The notes: generated by a model from the sequence alone, not told the origin. A stretch of 63,112 nucleotides of DNA, filler included, from Octopus bimaculoides (GCF_001194135.2; 8 parts of 8 records of this genome joined end to end with filler, not necessarily neighbours in it), one strand, 5' to 3'; positions 1 through 12,686 are shown, numbered from the whole stretch's first letter. Numbers and translations are program-made.

Positions 1-115
<115 letters not shown>

Positions 116-321
116 GGCGACGAGCTGGCAAACTATTTAGCTCACCGGGTAAATTGCTTAACGGTATTTCGTCCGTCCTCATGTTCTGAGTTCAAATTCC
201 GCAGAAGCCGATTTTGCCTTTCATCATTTGGGCTCGATAAATTAAGTACCAGTTGAGTACTGGGGTCGATGTAGTCGACCCTTCTCCCAATATTTCAGGC
301 CGTGTGCCTATTGTAGAAGTC
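116..321 (+). mobile_element. SINE family B copy (GGCGAGCTGGCAGAA...GTTCTGAGTTCAAATTCCGC head, tRNA-like)
   Basis: Clearly homologous to 1807-2010, 16858-17080, 32000-32189 and 45283-45455; B-box-like GAGTTCAAATTCC. Confidence 0.85.
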
Positions 322-448
322 ATTATTATTATTATTATTATTATTTTATTATTATTGTTATTGTTGTTGTTGTTGTCGTCATTGTTATTATTGTTGTTGT
401 TGTTGTTGTTGTTGTTATTATTGTTGCTATTATTATTATTATTATTAC

Positions 449-526
<78 letters not shown>
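322..526. repeat. (TTA/TTG)n microsatellite abutting the 3' end of an RLE retrotransposon
   Basis: Read directly; explains the poly-I/poly-L ORFs at 253-583. Confidence 0.95.
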
Positions 527-528
<2 letters not shown>

Positions 529-1780
529 GCATGGCTTTTGCGTTGTAGTTGTACAAATTAACTCCAGAGACCTCAAAAGACAACAGGTTTGAAGTTCAAG
601 TTCGTGTTATGACTACGGTGCCATATATTTGATTTTGCACAATGTATTGTTCTAGAGAACCTCTGTCAAAACATAGGTAAATTAGAAATTTGTTTTAAAA
701 TTTGTTAAGATGGTAGTATGAGGTTAAGATGACAATAAAATGTGTTTGGTGTTATGTACATTTAAAAGTATTTTGACACTGTTTACGGATTAAAATATTT
801 TGGGGATTAAGTAGACAATATTTTACGCAGGTCCCATGAGTACTATTTTTTGAATGTTTTCCATTTTGGGACTTCCTGGTATCTGAGCTAGGAAGCAATT
901 AGCTTCTTTTGCTATTATTCCCAGGAGATCTATGACAGCAGCTATTGATTCAGTCTTATAATTACACATTTTGCAAATTTCTAATTCAAGATCGTTATAC
1001 TTGCTCAGTTTCTGGTAGGTTTTGACAGATACATTTATGTCGATTAGGATAGTCATATCAATGAAGAGGCATGATTTTTGGCCTATTCGCATCTATCTCT
1101 CTGTCAGTTTGAACGGTGATGTTCTAAAGGAGTGAGATGTAGTCATTTTCAAGCACATGCGGTAGTTTGTATTGCCACAAGTTTTTATCATTGGCAGGTC
1201 CATGTCTTTGCAAATTACACGGTGAGTATACTGCGCTGCTCTATCATGCCTCTTGAGATACTCTGTAGGTGCAAGAAGATTGAACATGGAGACAACATGA
1301 TCGATGGTTTCATTTTGTTGTTTACATACATATGTTGAGCTAGTGCTGATCTTTATGACATTGGCCCGGTAGCTCCTTGTAGGTAGGCATTGATCTTGGG
1401 CTGCTATGATACACTCTTTTGTCTCTGATTTTAAGCCAGAAGACACTAACCATTGATGGGTAAGGGCTTTGTCAATATCGGCATTATTAGCTTTCTTTGG
1501 GTTTTTGTAATTGGGAGGTTTTTCTTGCCAATAATCTGTAAGAATATCTAAGGCAGCAGTTTCAGCACGGGTTTTCATATGCTTAGCTTCTTGTGTGTTT
1601 TTTTCTAGTATGTCTAATTCTGGGATTTGTTGTATTTGGAATTGATTTTCTTTGCCTGTTCTGCTACTGAGTATGATGGTTTCTTGTTTTCGTGCTTTAA
1701 GACAAGTTCTAACCTCCAGTCATCAGAGTTTATCAGGTAGGTGCCGAGTCTAATTGTGGCAATATTCATTGTTAATTCCT
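527..1780 (-). mobile_element. 5'-truncated, frameshifted R4/Dong-like non-LTR retrotransposon (post-RT region, CCHC remnant, restriction-like endonuclease)
   Basis: Motifs GLKSETKECIIAAQDQCLPTRSY, ETIDHVVS..LAPTEYLKRHD and KYNDLELEI...IQKIVL are typical of the C-terminus of RLE-type R4/Dong ORFs; TTA repeats on both sides. Confidence 0.85.
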
Positions 1781-1806
1781 GTTATTATCATTATCATTAT
1801 TATTAA

Positions 1807-2010
1807 GGCGGCGAGCTGGCAGAATCGTCATCACGAAATACTCAGAGGTATTTTGCCTGTCATCATGCTCTGAGTTCAAATTCCGCCGAGATCGACTTTA
1901 CGTTTCACCCTTTCGGGGTCAATAAAACAAGTAACAGTTTCAGACTGGGGTCGATGTAACGGGCTCATCCCCTCTCCCAAAACTGCTGCCCTTATAGCAA
2001 AATTTGAGAC
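1807..2010 (+). mobile_element. SINE family B copy
   Basis: Homologous to 116-321. Confidence 0.85.
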
Positions 2011-2056
<46 letters not shown>

Positions 2057-2504
2057 GAGGGAGAGAGCAGTGCATGCCATCAAAGTGACATTGGGGTACA
2101 ATATACGAAGCCCAGTATACCCATCATGACTACCCGTCTGATAAGGGTACACCAGGCACATATATCGCAACCATATGTGCGCGACATGGTGATCTTATAT
2201 AAAGATAAACAGTGCATGACCTTGCAGGTGGGGCCCAGTTAAAATTTTCTTCAGGTCGAGTAGCCCATCCCGCTCAAAAGGTCGCTGAATAAGGGTTGTT
2301 TAAGGATTTGAACGAAACGCCCATATTTCCAGAGGTGAATTATCCAAACCCCAAAGAATTCCTTTCAAGACATGGTTACGATGTTCTCCCACTACTTGTA
2401 GTCGTGATCAGAGATGTACATATCGTCAGCCACTAAGAGACATGCTCAAATGGTTAAGATCAAACAAATGACAAGCAAATCTGTGGTATTGAGCAGAATA
2501 TTTG
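2057..2504 (-). mobile_element. Non-coding interspersed repeat ending in a (TAA)n tail (SINE-like, truncated)
   Basis: Non-coding block running directly into (TTA)n at 2011-2056. Recognised from recall as a common Octopus repeat; not verified. Confidence 0.55.
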
Positions 2505-3398
2505 TTCCGCAATCATAGGATGAACTTGATGAGATAAAATGCTTAAATAGACTTGACTATTAATTCTGCCATGAAGGGAAACCATTGAGCTGGCAGATTT
2601 CCAAGATATAGCCCCCACCCCCAGATCATCACAGATCCTCCTATATGTTTAACAGTTGGAAGAAGGTAGTCTGGGTCAAATGCTTCTTTTGGCTGTCTCC
2701 ACACAAATACTTCACCAGTGGTCGGAAATAAGGTAAAGGATGACTCGTCTGAGAAAATAACATTCTTCCACTGCTCTAGGGACCAATTCCGTAGATTTTT
2801 ACTTCACTCTAAATGCTTTGCAACGTTTGTATTTGAAAGTAGTGGTTTTCTGATTGCAGCCCTCCCGTGAAATCCGGCTTTGTCAGCTCTCGGCAAATAG
2901 CTTTTGTGAAAACTGGGTTCTCGAGGTGGTCAATAAGCTCTGCAGTAATTTTGGGAGCTGTACTTTTGTGATCCTTTCTAACAATTCGCGTAAGAGTTCG
3001 ACGGTCCCTATCTGAACATTTTGGCTTTCTTCCAGAATTTTGTTTCGAGGAGGTGGTTTTTTCCTCTTTCTCGAAGGTTGTCATTATTTTCGAAACAGTA
3101 CTTCTTGATACACCAAACATTTCGGCTGTTTTCGTTACGCTAGCGCCCGCCATACGAGCACCAACAATTTGACCTCTTAGAAAGCCCGATAGATCTGTCA
3201 TTTTAATGAATTTTAAGTACCTTTTTATGATGATATCTGAAAAAAAAAACTGCAATTTTAGCAAATCATATTAAGTAACACCAATAATAAATCAAAAAAA
3301 CATAAAAATAAACAAGCTTTTGACGGTTTTATAGATATTTCAAAATTAAGATGTTATGATACTAGGTCTTTCCATTATTTTGTACTCCCCTATCCCTG
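2505..3398 (-). mobile_element. Tc1/mariner transposon, 3'-truncated, with decayed transposase
   Basis: ORF 2809-3264 (MTDLS..RGQIVGARMAGASVTKTAEMFGVSRSTVS...GRKPK.SDRDRR.L.RIVRKDH) is a Tc1 HTH region. TIR-like end at about 3365-3398 followed by TA; same family as 22290-23677. Confidence 0.9.
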
Positions 3399-3966
3399 TA
3401 TGTACACACAAATATCCCTCACGCACACACACGCCCGCGCTCACAAGTACATACTTACATACGTAAATATTCTTACTGACAGACAAGCAGACACATAGAC
3501 AGACATACATAAATACCTACACAACAGAAATACGCTCACATACACAATCTCACGCACAGATACACACACAAACACGTAATAAGCACGCGAACAAAATTAC
3601 ATACCCATAAACCACGCAGTCTCAAAGATATAGCTGTTAGCGTACACACGCACAGAGATAACGTAATAAGGACGTGATTTATCACAAAATGGTAGATGAC
3701 CTTGGGGTATGGGAAAACCACCGGCAGCTTCAAGAGTTTTATCTGCTCTGCATTAGACTCAAACTACTATAAATACAACCGCTTCGGCAGAAAGGGCACG
3801 GTTGTCATCAAGATTACCTCAAAAGGTAAGTTAATGGCTTCTAATATGACATACAGCAACGGCAATTTTAGTCTCGACCGACTGTTTGTCTGCTGGTCTA
3901 CTTTTCTTCCTCTTTCTTTGTCTCACCCTCTGTTTGTTTCCTTAACTCTCAGTCCCTTTCTCTCTT

Positions 3967-3997
<31 letters not shown>

Positions 3998-4007
3998 CTC
4001 TCTCTCC

Positions 4008-4050
<43 letters not shown>

Positions 4051-4592
4051 NNNNNNNNNNNNNNNNNNNNNNNNNNNNNNNNNNNNNNNNNNNNNNNNNN
4101 NNNNNNNNNNNNNNNNNNNNNNNNNNNNNNNNNNNNNNNNNNNNNNNNNNNNNNNNNNNNNNNNNNNNNNNNNNNNNNNNNNNNNNNNNNNNNNNNNNNN
4201 NNNNNNNNNNNNNNNNNNNNNNNNNNNNNNNNNNNNNNNNNNNNNNNNNNNNNNNNNNNNNNNNNNNNNNNNNNNNNNNNNNNNNNNNNNNNNNNNNNNN
4301 NNNNNNNNNNNNNNNNNNNNNNNNNNNNNNNNNNNNNNNNNNNNNNNNNNNNNNNNNNNNNNNNNNNNNNNNNNNNNNNNNNNNNNNNNNNNNNNNNNNN
4401 NNNNNNNNNNNNNNNNNNNNNNNNNNNNNNNNNNNNNNNNNNNNNNNNNNNNNNNNNNNNNNNNNNNNNNNNNNNNNNNNNNNNNNNNNNNNNNNNNNNN
4501 NNNNNNNNNNNNNNNNNNNNNNNNNNNNNNNNNNNNNNNNNNNNNNNNNNNNNNNNNNNNNNNNNNNNNNNNNNNNNNNNNNNNNNNNNNNN

Positions 4593-4639
<47 letters not shown>

Positions 4640-4946
4640 CAAGCTTCTTTAAGTTTATATGCATACGTATATATGTGTATGTATATATGTATATACACAC
4701 AAGCGTACTTTTATTTCTCTCTCTTCGCATGTATATATAGACATTTAAATTCACATGTATATATTTATAAACCTATATATATATCAATCTGTATATATTC
4801 TCTGTGTGAGTGTCTCGCTATATGCATGCATGTGTGAATGCCCCCCCCCCCACCATATATATATTATGTGTACATGTATATACATGTATATATATATGTA
4901 TATATATTTATATATGTGTATATATATATATATATGTGTGTGTGTA

Positions 4947-4985
<39 letters not shown>

Positions 4986-5517
4986 NNNNNNNNNNNNNNN
5001 NNNNNNNNNNNNNNNNNNNNNNNNNNNNNNNNNNNNNNNNNNNNNNNNNNNNNNNNNNNNNNNNNNNNNNNNNNNNNNNNNNNNNNNNNNNNNNNNNNNN
5101 NNNNNNNNNNNNNNNNNNNNNNNNNNNNNNNNNNNNNNNNNNNNNNNNNNNNNNNNNNNNNNNNNNNNNNNNNNNNNNNNNNNNNNNNNNNNNNNNNNNN
5201 NNNNNNNNNNNNNNNNNNNNNNNNNNNNNNNNNNNNNNNNNNNNNNNNNNNNNNNNNNNNNNNNNNNNNNNNNNNNNNNNNNNNNNNNNNNNNNNNNNNN
5301 NNNNNNNNNNNNNNNNNNNNNNNNNNNNNNNNNNNNNNNNNNNNNNNNNNNNNNNNNNNNNNNNNNNNNNNNNNNNNNNNNNNNNNNNNTGTGTGTTTAT
5401 TGCTCCATGTTTACAAATGATTATCGTCTTTCTGTCTTCTTGTGCTTCTTTGTCATAAATCACATTTCTGACTTTCTGTCCATGACCCATCAGATGGCTA
5501 ATGAACCACGTTGCAGA

Positions 5518-5560
<43 letters not shown>

Positions 5561-5940
5561 CAGACAAAAGTTGTATCTGACTGTCCCCTTCCAATTGATT
5601 AGGTCTGCACAAGTCGCCACTTTGTCATTGTCATAGGGCTTTCAGTAAATGAGGTCACCGTAAAGAGACATCTGCACATCACTGAACAGCAGTGATTATC
5701 GCTTTTACAACACGAGTAACACTCTGGTCAGTGATTAATACCAAGAGACAGGCTGAGGCCAACTTTATCTTTCATACTTATGGACTCGATAAAATAATAT
5801 ACGAAGTCAAAACTTCGGGTTAATATTTTATCTGCTAGATCCCGTCCTAAACAATGATGTCAGCTTCTTACGCAAAACACGTTTTTTGTTTTCTTGTCTT
5901 TTAATAATTATTAGTATTTTGCTATATTTCAGCATCCAGG

Positions 5941-6016
5941 ATGAAATTCTTCCTCGCGGTCTTGCTCGTTGCTTGTGCTCAAGCCTTTTCAATCAAAAAC
6001 ATGATTGAAAGAGAAG
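5941..6016 (+). CDS. Secreted helical protein, coding exon 1 (signal peptide MKFFLAVLLVACAQA-FSIKNMIERE)
   Basis: Pyrimidine tract plus AG at 5931-5932, ATG at 5941, classic n/h/c signal with AQA cleavage motif, donor G|GTAGGC (phase 1). Confidence 0.85.
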
Positions 6017-6104
6017 GTAGGCGTCGTCATTGTAATTATTCGAAAGCGGCAGTAACAGTTAACATTTTATCTCCTGCATTTAAATCGAATATATTTCTGC
6101 GCGC

Positions 6105-6135
<31 letters not shown>

Positions 6136-7560
6136 TGCTTGCGCATGCACGTGTATGTGCATGTGTGCCTATGTGTGTAGTTAGTCTCATATACGGTTTG
6201 AGAGAATCGAGTGGTTATCACAGAAAACTCTTCTAGCAGACCACATAGTAATTCAATATGGAGGAGTATAATGCAGAGTCCCATGCAAATGAAATTCAGG
6301 AGATCCGACAGATTATATTATTTCATGAGGAGTATATAAATCATGAAAAGTGAGGAGGTTTGGGAAATGAATTTAACCACTTGTTATTCTGAGGATAAGT
6401 AGTTATCAACTATCGAGAAATGTAATCACGATGTATTAAAGCTAACACGAGCAAAAGATGCTGGCCGATATCTCTAACACACACTGTGTATTTCATACTC
6501 TTCTATATATATTAAAAAATAATAATTTTCCTGACTTCTAGAGTAAAAAAGAAAACTGTAATTTAAAGTCTGAAATGAATTAATGGAAATAATTGCCAGA
6601 AATATGACAGAAGGTAATCCAGACACAATTTTTGGTGAAATGACTGCTAATAATTAACTATAACATCTAAACTAAGCTCTAGTTGACAGCCAATGGTATT
6701 CAAAGTTTGCTTGTTTACGCAAAGTTTGAAGCCTGTCATTAAAGCTAGTGTTAAATCCAACTTAATTTTTTAGCAAACAATATGGACTAGTAATTGTTGC
6801 TGCAGCCGTACTTGTTGATTTCTTAATCCCTCCCACTTCCAATTTTGAAGTCGCAATTGGTTATATAGTTAGATGAAACATTTATCTCTCAACAGATAAC
6901 GATCCAGTCACACTCTACACATGTAATGTGGGGAGCGAAGGCAAATCATACCCGTTTTACTATTATAGAGGCATTGTAAAATATGACGAATCTTTTGATA
7001 ACATTCAGAACCATGTTCTATTCCTATTCCTGTGTTACCGTTGTTGTTGTTATTCTTCGGCTTCTGGTTAGCCGTCACCGAGCAAAAGTGATTAAACCAT
7101 TTCAGTTATGACTATTCAATAAGTTACTTTATCTAATATATCCTTATTTTTTATGAAAGCCGGGCATGATTTGAGTGAGATTTGAATGCTATTTCTAGCA
7201 AGTCGAGTCTTCATACAAATAGTGCTCCTCAATGATTCATCTACCGTCGGCGTAGCACTCGGCAGGTTTGGAATTTATGAGGCTTTCTGTCGATATGGTA
7301 CACGACGGCGAAGGCTTCAGTGCCTGCGCCAACTGGATTTAAGGATCTGCCCAGTTGGTTGACCCAAATCTTAGTATTATGGCAAATCGTTAAAGAGTCG
7401 ATAATTCTTCCGGTTATTGAAATTCTCAGTTCAAATTCAGCTGCAATCAGCTTTGCTTTTCAATTAATCCACTTACTACATCCTACCAAATTTCAGCCCT
7501 TAAACTAAACTTGGATACTGTTTTTTCCATTTTAAGCTTTTGACCTGCTTATCAGTCAAG

Positions 7561-7648
7561 CTACCAGTGAACTGGAGACAATGGCCATAAAAGAAGTGGA
7601 GAGCGCCCTCACCGACGAAGGACTTCACGTCACCTCATTCGAACGCAG
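7561..7648 (+). CDS. Secreted helical protein, exon 2 (ATSELETMAIKEVESALTDEGLHVTSFER)
   Basis: Only one frame is open. Donor AG|GTATGT (phase 2) matches the next exon. The 5' boundary is ambiguous: CAG at 7553-7555 or AAG at 7558-7560; only the latter is in phase with exon 1. Confidence 0.75.
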
Positions 7649-7829
7649 GTATGTAGACATGGATATTAGGTAGCAGGCATAGTTGTGTTGTTAACAAGTT
7701 TTTTCGTAATTACAATATTCTAGATTCGATACCAATGCGTGGCACCTTGGGCAAGATTCCACCAGAGCCTCGAGTTCACCACTGTTTTGACAGATTGAAA
7801 ATGCACGGAAGCTTGATATGTGTACATAG

Positions 7830-7901
<72 letters not shown>

Positions 7902-8390
7902 NNNNNNNNNNNNNNNNNNNNNNNNNNNNNNNNNNNNNNNNNNNNNNNNNNNNNNNNNNNNNNNNNNNNNNNNNNNNNNNNNNNNNNNNNNNNNNNNNNN
8001 NNNNNNNNNNNNNNNNNNNNNNNNNNNNNNNNNNNNNNNNNNNNNNNNNNNNNNNNNNNNNNNNNNNNNNNNNNNNNNNNNNNNNNNNNNNNNNNNNNNN
8101 NNNNNNNNNNNNNNNNNNNNNNNNNNNNNNNNNNNNNNNNNNNNNAATGTTTTTGATTAGAAAGGGAATTAAAATTGAAAGTAATTGAGAAAGTCGGACG
8201 AATGCCCGCTAGGTACAAAGGGGACAATGAAAACATTGATACAAAATCTTACACTTTTATATTCGATATTTTTCATATAAGTTACATTATGCATACGTAC
8301 ATACATACATACATACATAAACATAGTAGCGTATATATATGCACACACATATATACATATATATATTTAGATATTTCTCTGTGTGTGTGT

Positions 8391-8434
<44 letters not shown>

Positions 8435-9096
8435 ATTTAAAATGTATGTGAATGTATGCATGTGTTATCATTAGTCTCTTCCGTACATTAACTTTGTGTC
8501 TAAAGCAACAGTTAAATCATACTCATGCTTTTATATATATAGATGATGATGAAATGAATGAAGATCACAAAAAGCGAGACGGTTTTTTATTCCTTTAATT
8601 GGACGTATCTGTGTGCATTATATGTTTGCATTATGTCTCTGATTATTGATATAGTGGCATAGACATTTTGACAATGGCTGGTTGATCCTATAGTTGGAAA
8701 TAACTTTTCTTCTTCCATGAATAACCGAAATGGAAACTTTGATAACGGATACGACGGTGGTCTGTATGTCGAGTATTATTCAGGCGGTAATAAGAACGCC
8801 GTCGAACACGGCAATAATAAGTAGAAAGATAGTTACAATACCACGTGTATGTTTATAAGGAATACTGTGTAAGACGTGCAACTTGCATCCATGCAGGACA
8901 CTGGAGTTTGGAGTTGGTAGTTGCAATAACAACAGCATTTATAAACAACCAAGATGCATTTATCTTACACATATAACATATACGACATATATAACATATA
9001 TAACACACATACACACACATGAATATATATACACACACGCATACACATATATACACGTAACTCTTTTTCTCACTGTATAAACATACATACATATAT

Positions 9097-9164
<68 letters not shown>

Positions 9165-9479
9165 TTATATATGCTTTCGGTGCGAATGGGTTTTTATACG
9201 GTGCCGTGTTTACAATCCTGTCAATAATAATAATGGTATTTTTATAGAAGCTTAAAGCTTATGGCGATCTCCGTGCATGAGTAAATAAAAGAGTCTAATA
9301 AAGGGGCATATAAGCCCTCTACAGAAAAAAAGAACCCTTTCCTAGACCTGTGGGTATGTTGTGTGATGGTGTGTGTGAGTGTGTTTGTGATGTTTGTTCG
9401 TGCCTTTGAAAACTTTTGACACACCATATAATGAAACAAACTCATAGTGTTCTTCGTTTGTTCTTCTGCCTTTCTTCAG

Positions 9480-9579
9480 CGTCATTCATAAAGTGTCTAC
9501 CATGGTTGGCGAAACTATCAAAAAGGAAATGACCAAAATAGTGTCAGAGGTCACCACCACCGGAGACTTCAAAGTTGCT
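9480..9579 (+). CDS. Secreted helical protein, exon 3 (SVIHKVSTMVGETIKKEMTKIVSEVTTTGDFKVA)
   Basis: Strong pyrimidine tract plus CAG, donor GTGAGT; phases 2 to 0 fit both neighbours. Confidence 0.85.
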
Positions 9580-9819
9580 GTGAGTTGTATTGATTCTGCT
9601 GTTTCTTTCTCTGTCTCTCTTTCTTTCTCTCTTTGTCTGTCTGCCTGTCTCTCTGTCTTTCTCTGTCTGTCTCTCTTTCTCATATTTTCTCCCGTTAACT
9701 TTCATCTTTCACTTCAATGTGAGCTTCTCATTATAGAACTTCATGAAGGGTATCAGCAACTCAGACGAATTATTGTTTTCTATATTCTGTAATTGAGCCG
9801 ATATAACATGGGTACCGTA

Positions 9820-9960
9820 AGACTGTGGTTCAGATGTTCGCTTCGCAACTACTTGGTGTTGGACTGGAATCGACCGTAGGTAATTTTGTCCATGCGTCTT
9901 CTGTTACAGCCTCAGACCACGCAAAGCCATTGAGAAGAATTTTCTTGAAGGAGAATCAGC
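9820..9960 (+). mobile_element. Highly degenerate SINE family A head (intronic)
   Basis: Aligns by eye to GTGGTAAG..CTTGC...GTGTCTTCTAC...AAAGCCTTGTGAG of 27835-27970. Confidence 0.55.
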
Positions 9961-10215
9961 GGAGCGGCTCAGAGAAATACTAAAACTAAATAGATTTGTA
10001 GGTTATTTGATAGAAAACTAGATGTCTTTGCTTCACAAGTCAAATATAGTAAAAATAAAACAGCAATGACGCACTGTGGTGTCATAGAGATCAGGAATAT
10101 ATATTGTCTAAGCTTAGTTTGAAGCCACATCCATATTAGATAAGCACCGAAGTTAGTTTGTACTTAGGCTGGCAAACCACAGCAATTCATAATATTCGTT
10201 TGTTCATGTTATCAG

Positions 10216-10342
10216 GTGGCTGAAAAGATCATTGAGAAACTCCGTGATGCTGCCACAATGATGGCTGATGGACTTCACATGGATACTGAAACAACAGAGG
10301 CATTTTTCCATGAACTCATGAAAGATATTGAAGCCTTGGAAA
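10216..10342 (+). CDS. Secreted helical protein, exon 4 (VAEKIIEKLRDAATMMADGLHMDTETTEAFFHELMKDIEALE)
   Basis: ATCAG|G acceptor, donor GTAAGA; phase 0 start matches exon 3; ends in phase 1. Confidence 0.85.
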
Positions 10343-10519
10343 GTAAGAACATTAATGCATTATTACATTTGTCGTATTAGATGTTCCTTAGCCATTATCA
10401 AATAAATTGGAAAAGAAATAATACTATAAGCGCGCGCACGCACACATACACACACACATATGTGCATGCATACATGCATATATATATACAAGTTTATCAT
10501 TTAAATATGCATGAATATG

Positions 10520-10745
10520 TCTAGACATGCAACTGTATACATGAGAATGCATACATACATAGAACAAGCATACAAATTTGCACAAGCAGCGACTCCAAAT
10601 ACTGCACATACACAAATACATACAAAAATACCCTGTGGTTGTTGTTGAAATTCCAATCACGAAGCCTTGCATCTAGCTTAGATACCGGCTCCTTGTCTAT
10701 TTGCAAGAAATCTTGAAAAAACCCCTGAATAATGATATACATACA
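10520..10745 (-). repeat. Dispersed repeat copy homologous to 25190-25385
   Basis: Translations FLQIDKEPVSKLDARLRDWNFNNNHRVF (here) and FLAIEKELVSNLDSRLLHWDFNINNRVF (25.2 kb) align, in opposite orientation. Confidence 0.7.
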
Positions 10746-12461
10746 TGCATAAAACAAGGAAATTCTGTGAGTAGAAGGAAAGTATTAATCTGCACAGAAG
10801 ATCTGAGGTTACCCTATTACAGAGAATAGACTCTTCTCATCGGATTCAACCAAAGCGTATTCAAATATATATATGGCGCCAATCTTTCTATATTTCTTTT
10901 GACAACTGATTAAATCGTTGGTGTTAGGGACTAGCATCACTTCAGCATGTTAGACAAACTCTCTAAAACAAGTAATAAAATTAAGTACACTGATTTACAG
11001 GTCCAGAATTTTACAGCAAATGTGCCTTTTGTATTATAGATGAACGTTGTATATCGCAATAAGAAAATTAAATCATGTGTGACTGCGTATTTATTAATAC
11101 GTATACACATATACATGTATATATATATATATATATATATNNNNNNNNNNTGGGGAAATACTATGAATTAAGTTGCTCCTGAAATGTTAATACGAACGGA
11201 ATAAAACAAGTTTCGCGTAAATCGGACCTGTAGTTATTTAGATATTCGGGGTTCGGTGGGATATAAATATCCAAAACGGTGCATAATGGGAAAAAAATCA
11301 TGAAAGGGAAGAAACTCTAACCTTTCGATTAGGCACAGTGACCTGACAACGAAAAAGTACGATTTGTTTTTTACAGTAAATGATTCTATTTTTGCTTTTG
11401 TTGAACACAATATTTTAATCATTTACAAATATTTTCAAGTGAATGTGATTTCAAAAAGCAAGTATTTATATTGTGGCTTTCTTTAAACAGACAATATCTT
11501 AATTTAAAAAAAAAATAATTTTCAATTCAATACCATTACAAAAATATTTTTGGACATATTTAACAAATATTTTAAAGTGAAAATGACTTTAGAATTACGG
11601 TAAATATTTCGTAAAAGACCCGTTTTTAATCTCGGTGTGAAATAATGTTTTACCGTAGGTTTATTCGAGTGAAAAAATACATACATAANNNNNNNNNNNN
11701 NNNNNNNNNNNNNNNNNNNNNNNNNNNNNNNNNNNNNNNNNNNNNNNNNNNNNNNNNNNNNNNNNNNNNNNNNNNNNNNNNNNNNNNNNNNNNNNNNNNN
11801 NNNNNNNNNNNNNNNNNNNNNNNNNNNNNNNNNNNNNNNNNNNNNNNNNNNNNNNNNNNNNNNNNNNNNNNNNNNNNNNNNNNNNNNNNNNNNNNNNNNN
11901 NNNNNNNNNNNNNNNNNNNNNNNNNNNNNNNNNNNNNNNNNNNNNNNNNNNNNNNNNNNNNNNNNNNNNNNNNNNNNNNNNNNNNNNNNNNNNNNNNNNN
12001 NNNNNNNNNNNNNNNNNNNNNNNNNNNNNNNNNNNNNNNNNNNNNNNNNNNNNNNNNNNNNNNNNNNNNNNNNNNNNNNNNNNNNNNNNNNNNNNNNNNN
12101 NNNNNNNNNNNNNNNNNNNNNNNNNNNNNNNNNNNNNNNNNNNNNNNNNNNNNNNNNNNNNNNNNNNNNNNNNNNNNNNNNNNNNNNNNNNNNNNNNNNN
12201 NNNNNNNNNNNNNNNNNNNNNNNNNNNNNNNNNNNNNNNNNNNNNNNNNNNNNNNNNNNNNNNNNNNNNNNNNNNNNNNNNNNNNNNNNNNNNNNNNNNN
12301 NNNNNNNNNNNNNNNNNNNNNNNNNNNNNNNNNNNNNNNNNNNNNNNNNNNNNNNNNNNNNNNNNNNNNNNNNNNNNNNNNNNNNGAACTGTCTTCTACT
12401 ATAGCCATGGGCCGATCTAAGCCTTGTGAGCGGATTTGGTAGACAGAAACCGAAAGAAGCA

Positions 12462-12511
<50 letters not shown>

Positions 12512-12686
12512 ATGTGGACGCCTATATGACTAAATACCTAAATGTATGCGATCTTACTGTCGACAACGTTATCCTAGTTTGTATAACCTCGTGTTGCCAT
12601 TTAAGACATTAATATCAAAATATCCTATATAGATTATTACTTTCTTGTGCCGTGATATTGTAAAAAATTTCTGTGGATTTTTGCAG

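Noticed and set aside
3696-5580. Long ORFs spanning N runs (also 7.7-8.2, 11.6-12.5, 17.5-18.1, 38.2-39.0, 40.1-40.9 and 55.1-57.3 kb)
   Set aside because: They are open only because Ns and microsatellites contain no stops.
9910-9998. Apparent extra exon (TTACAG|CCTC...TTT|GTAGGT) in the secreted-protein gene
   Set aside because: It stops in the required phase 0, overlaps a degenerate SINE-A, and exons 3 and 4 join in frame without it.
12645-12686. N-terminal part of ORF 12645 (MCRDIVKNFCGFLQ)
   Set aside because: Starts at TTG and overlaps the pyrimidine tract and consensus TTGCAG|G acceptor, so it is most likely intron. Use of the upstream AG at 12632 cannot be fully excluded.
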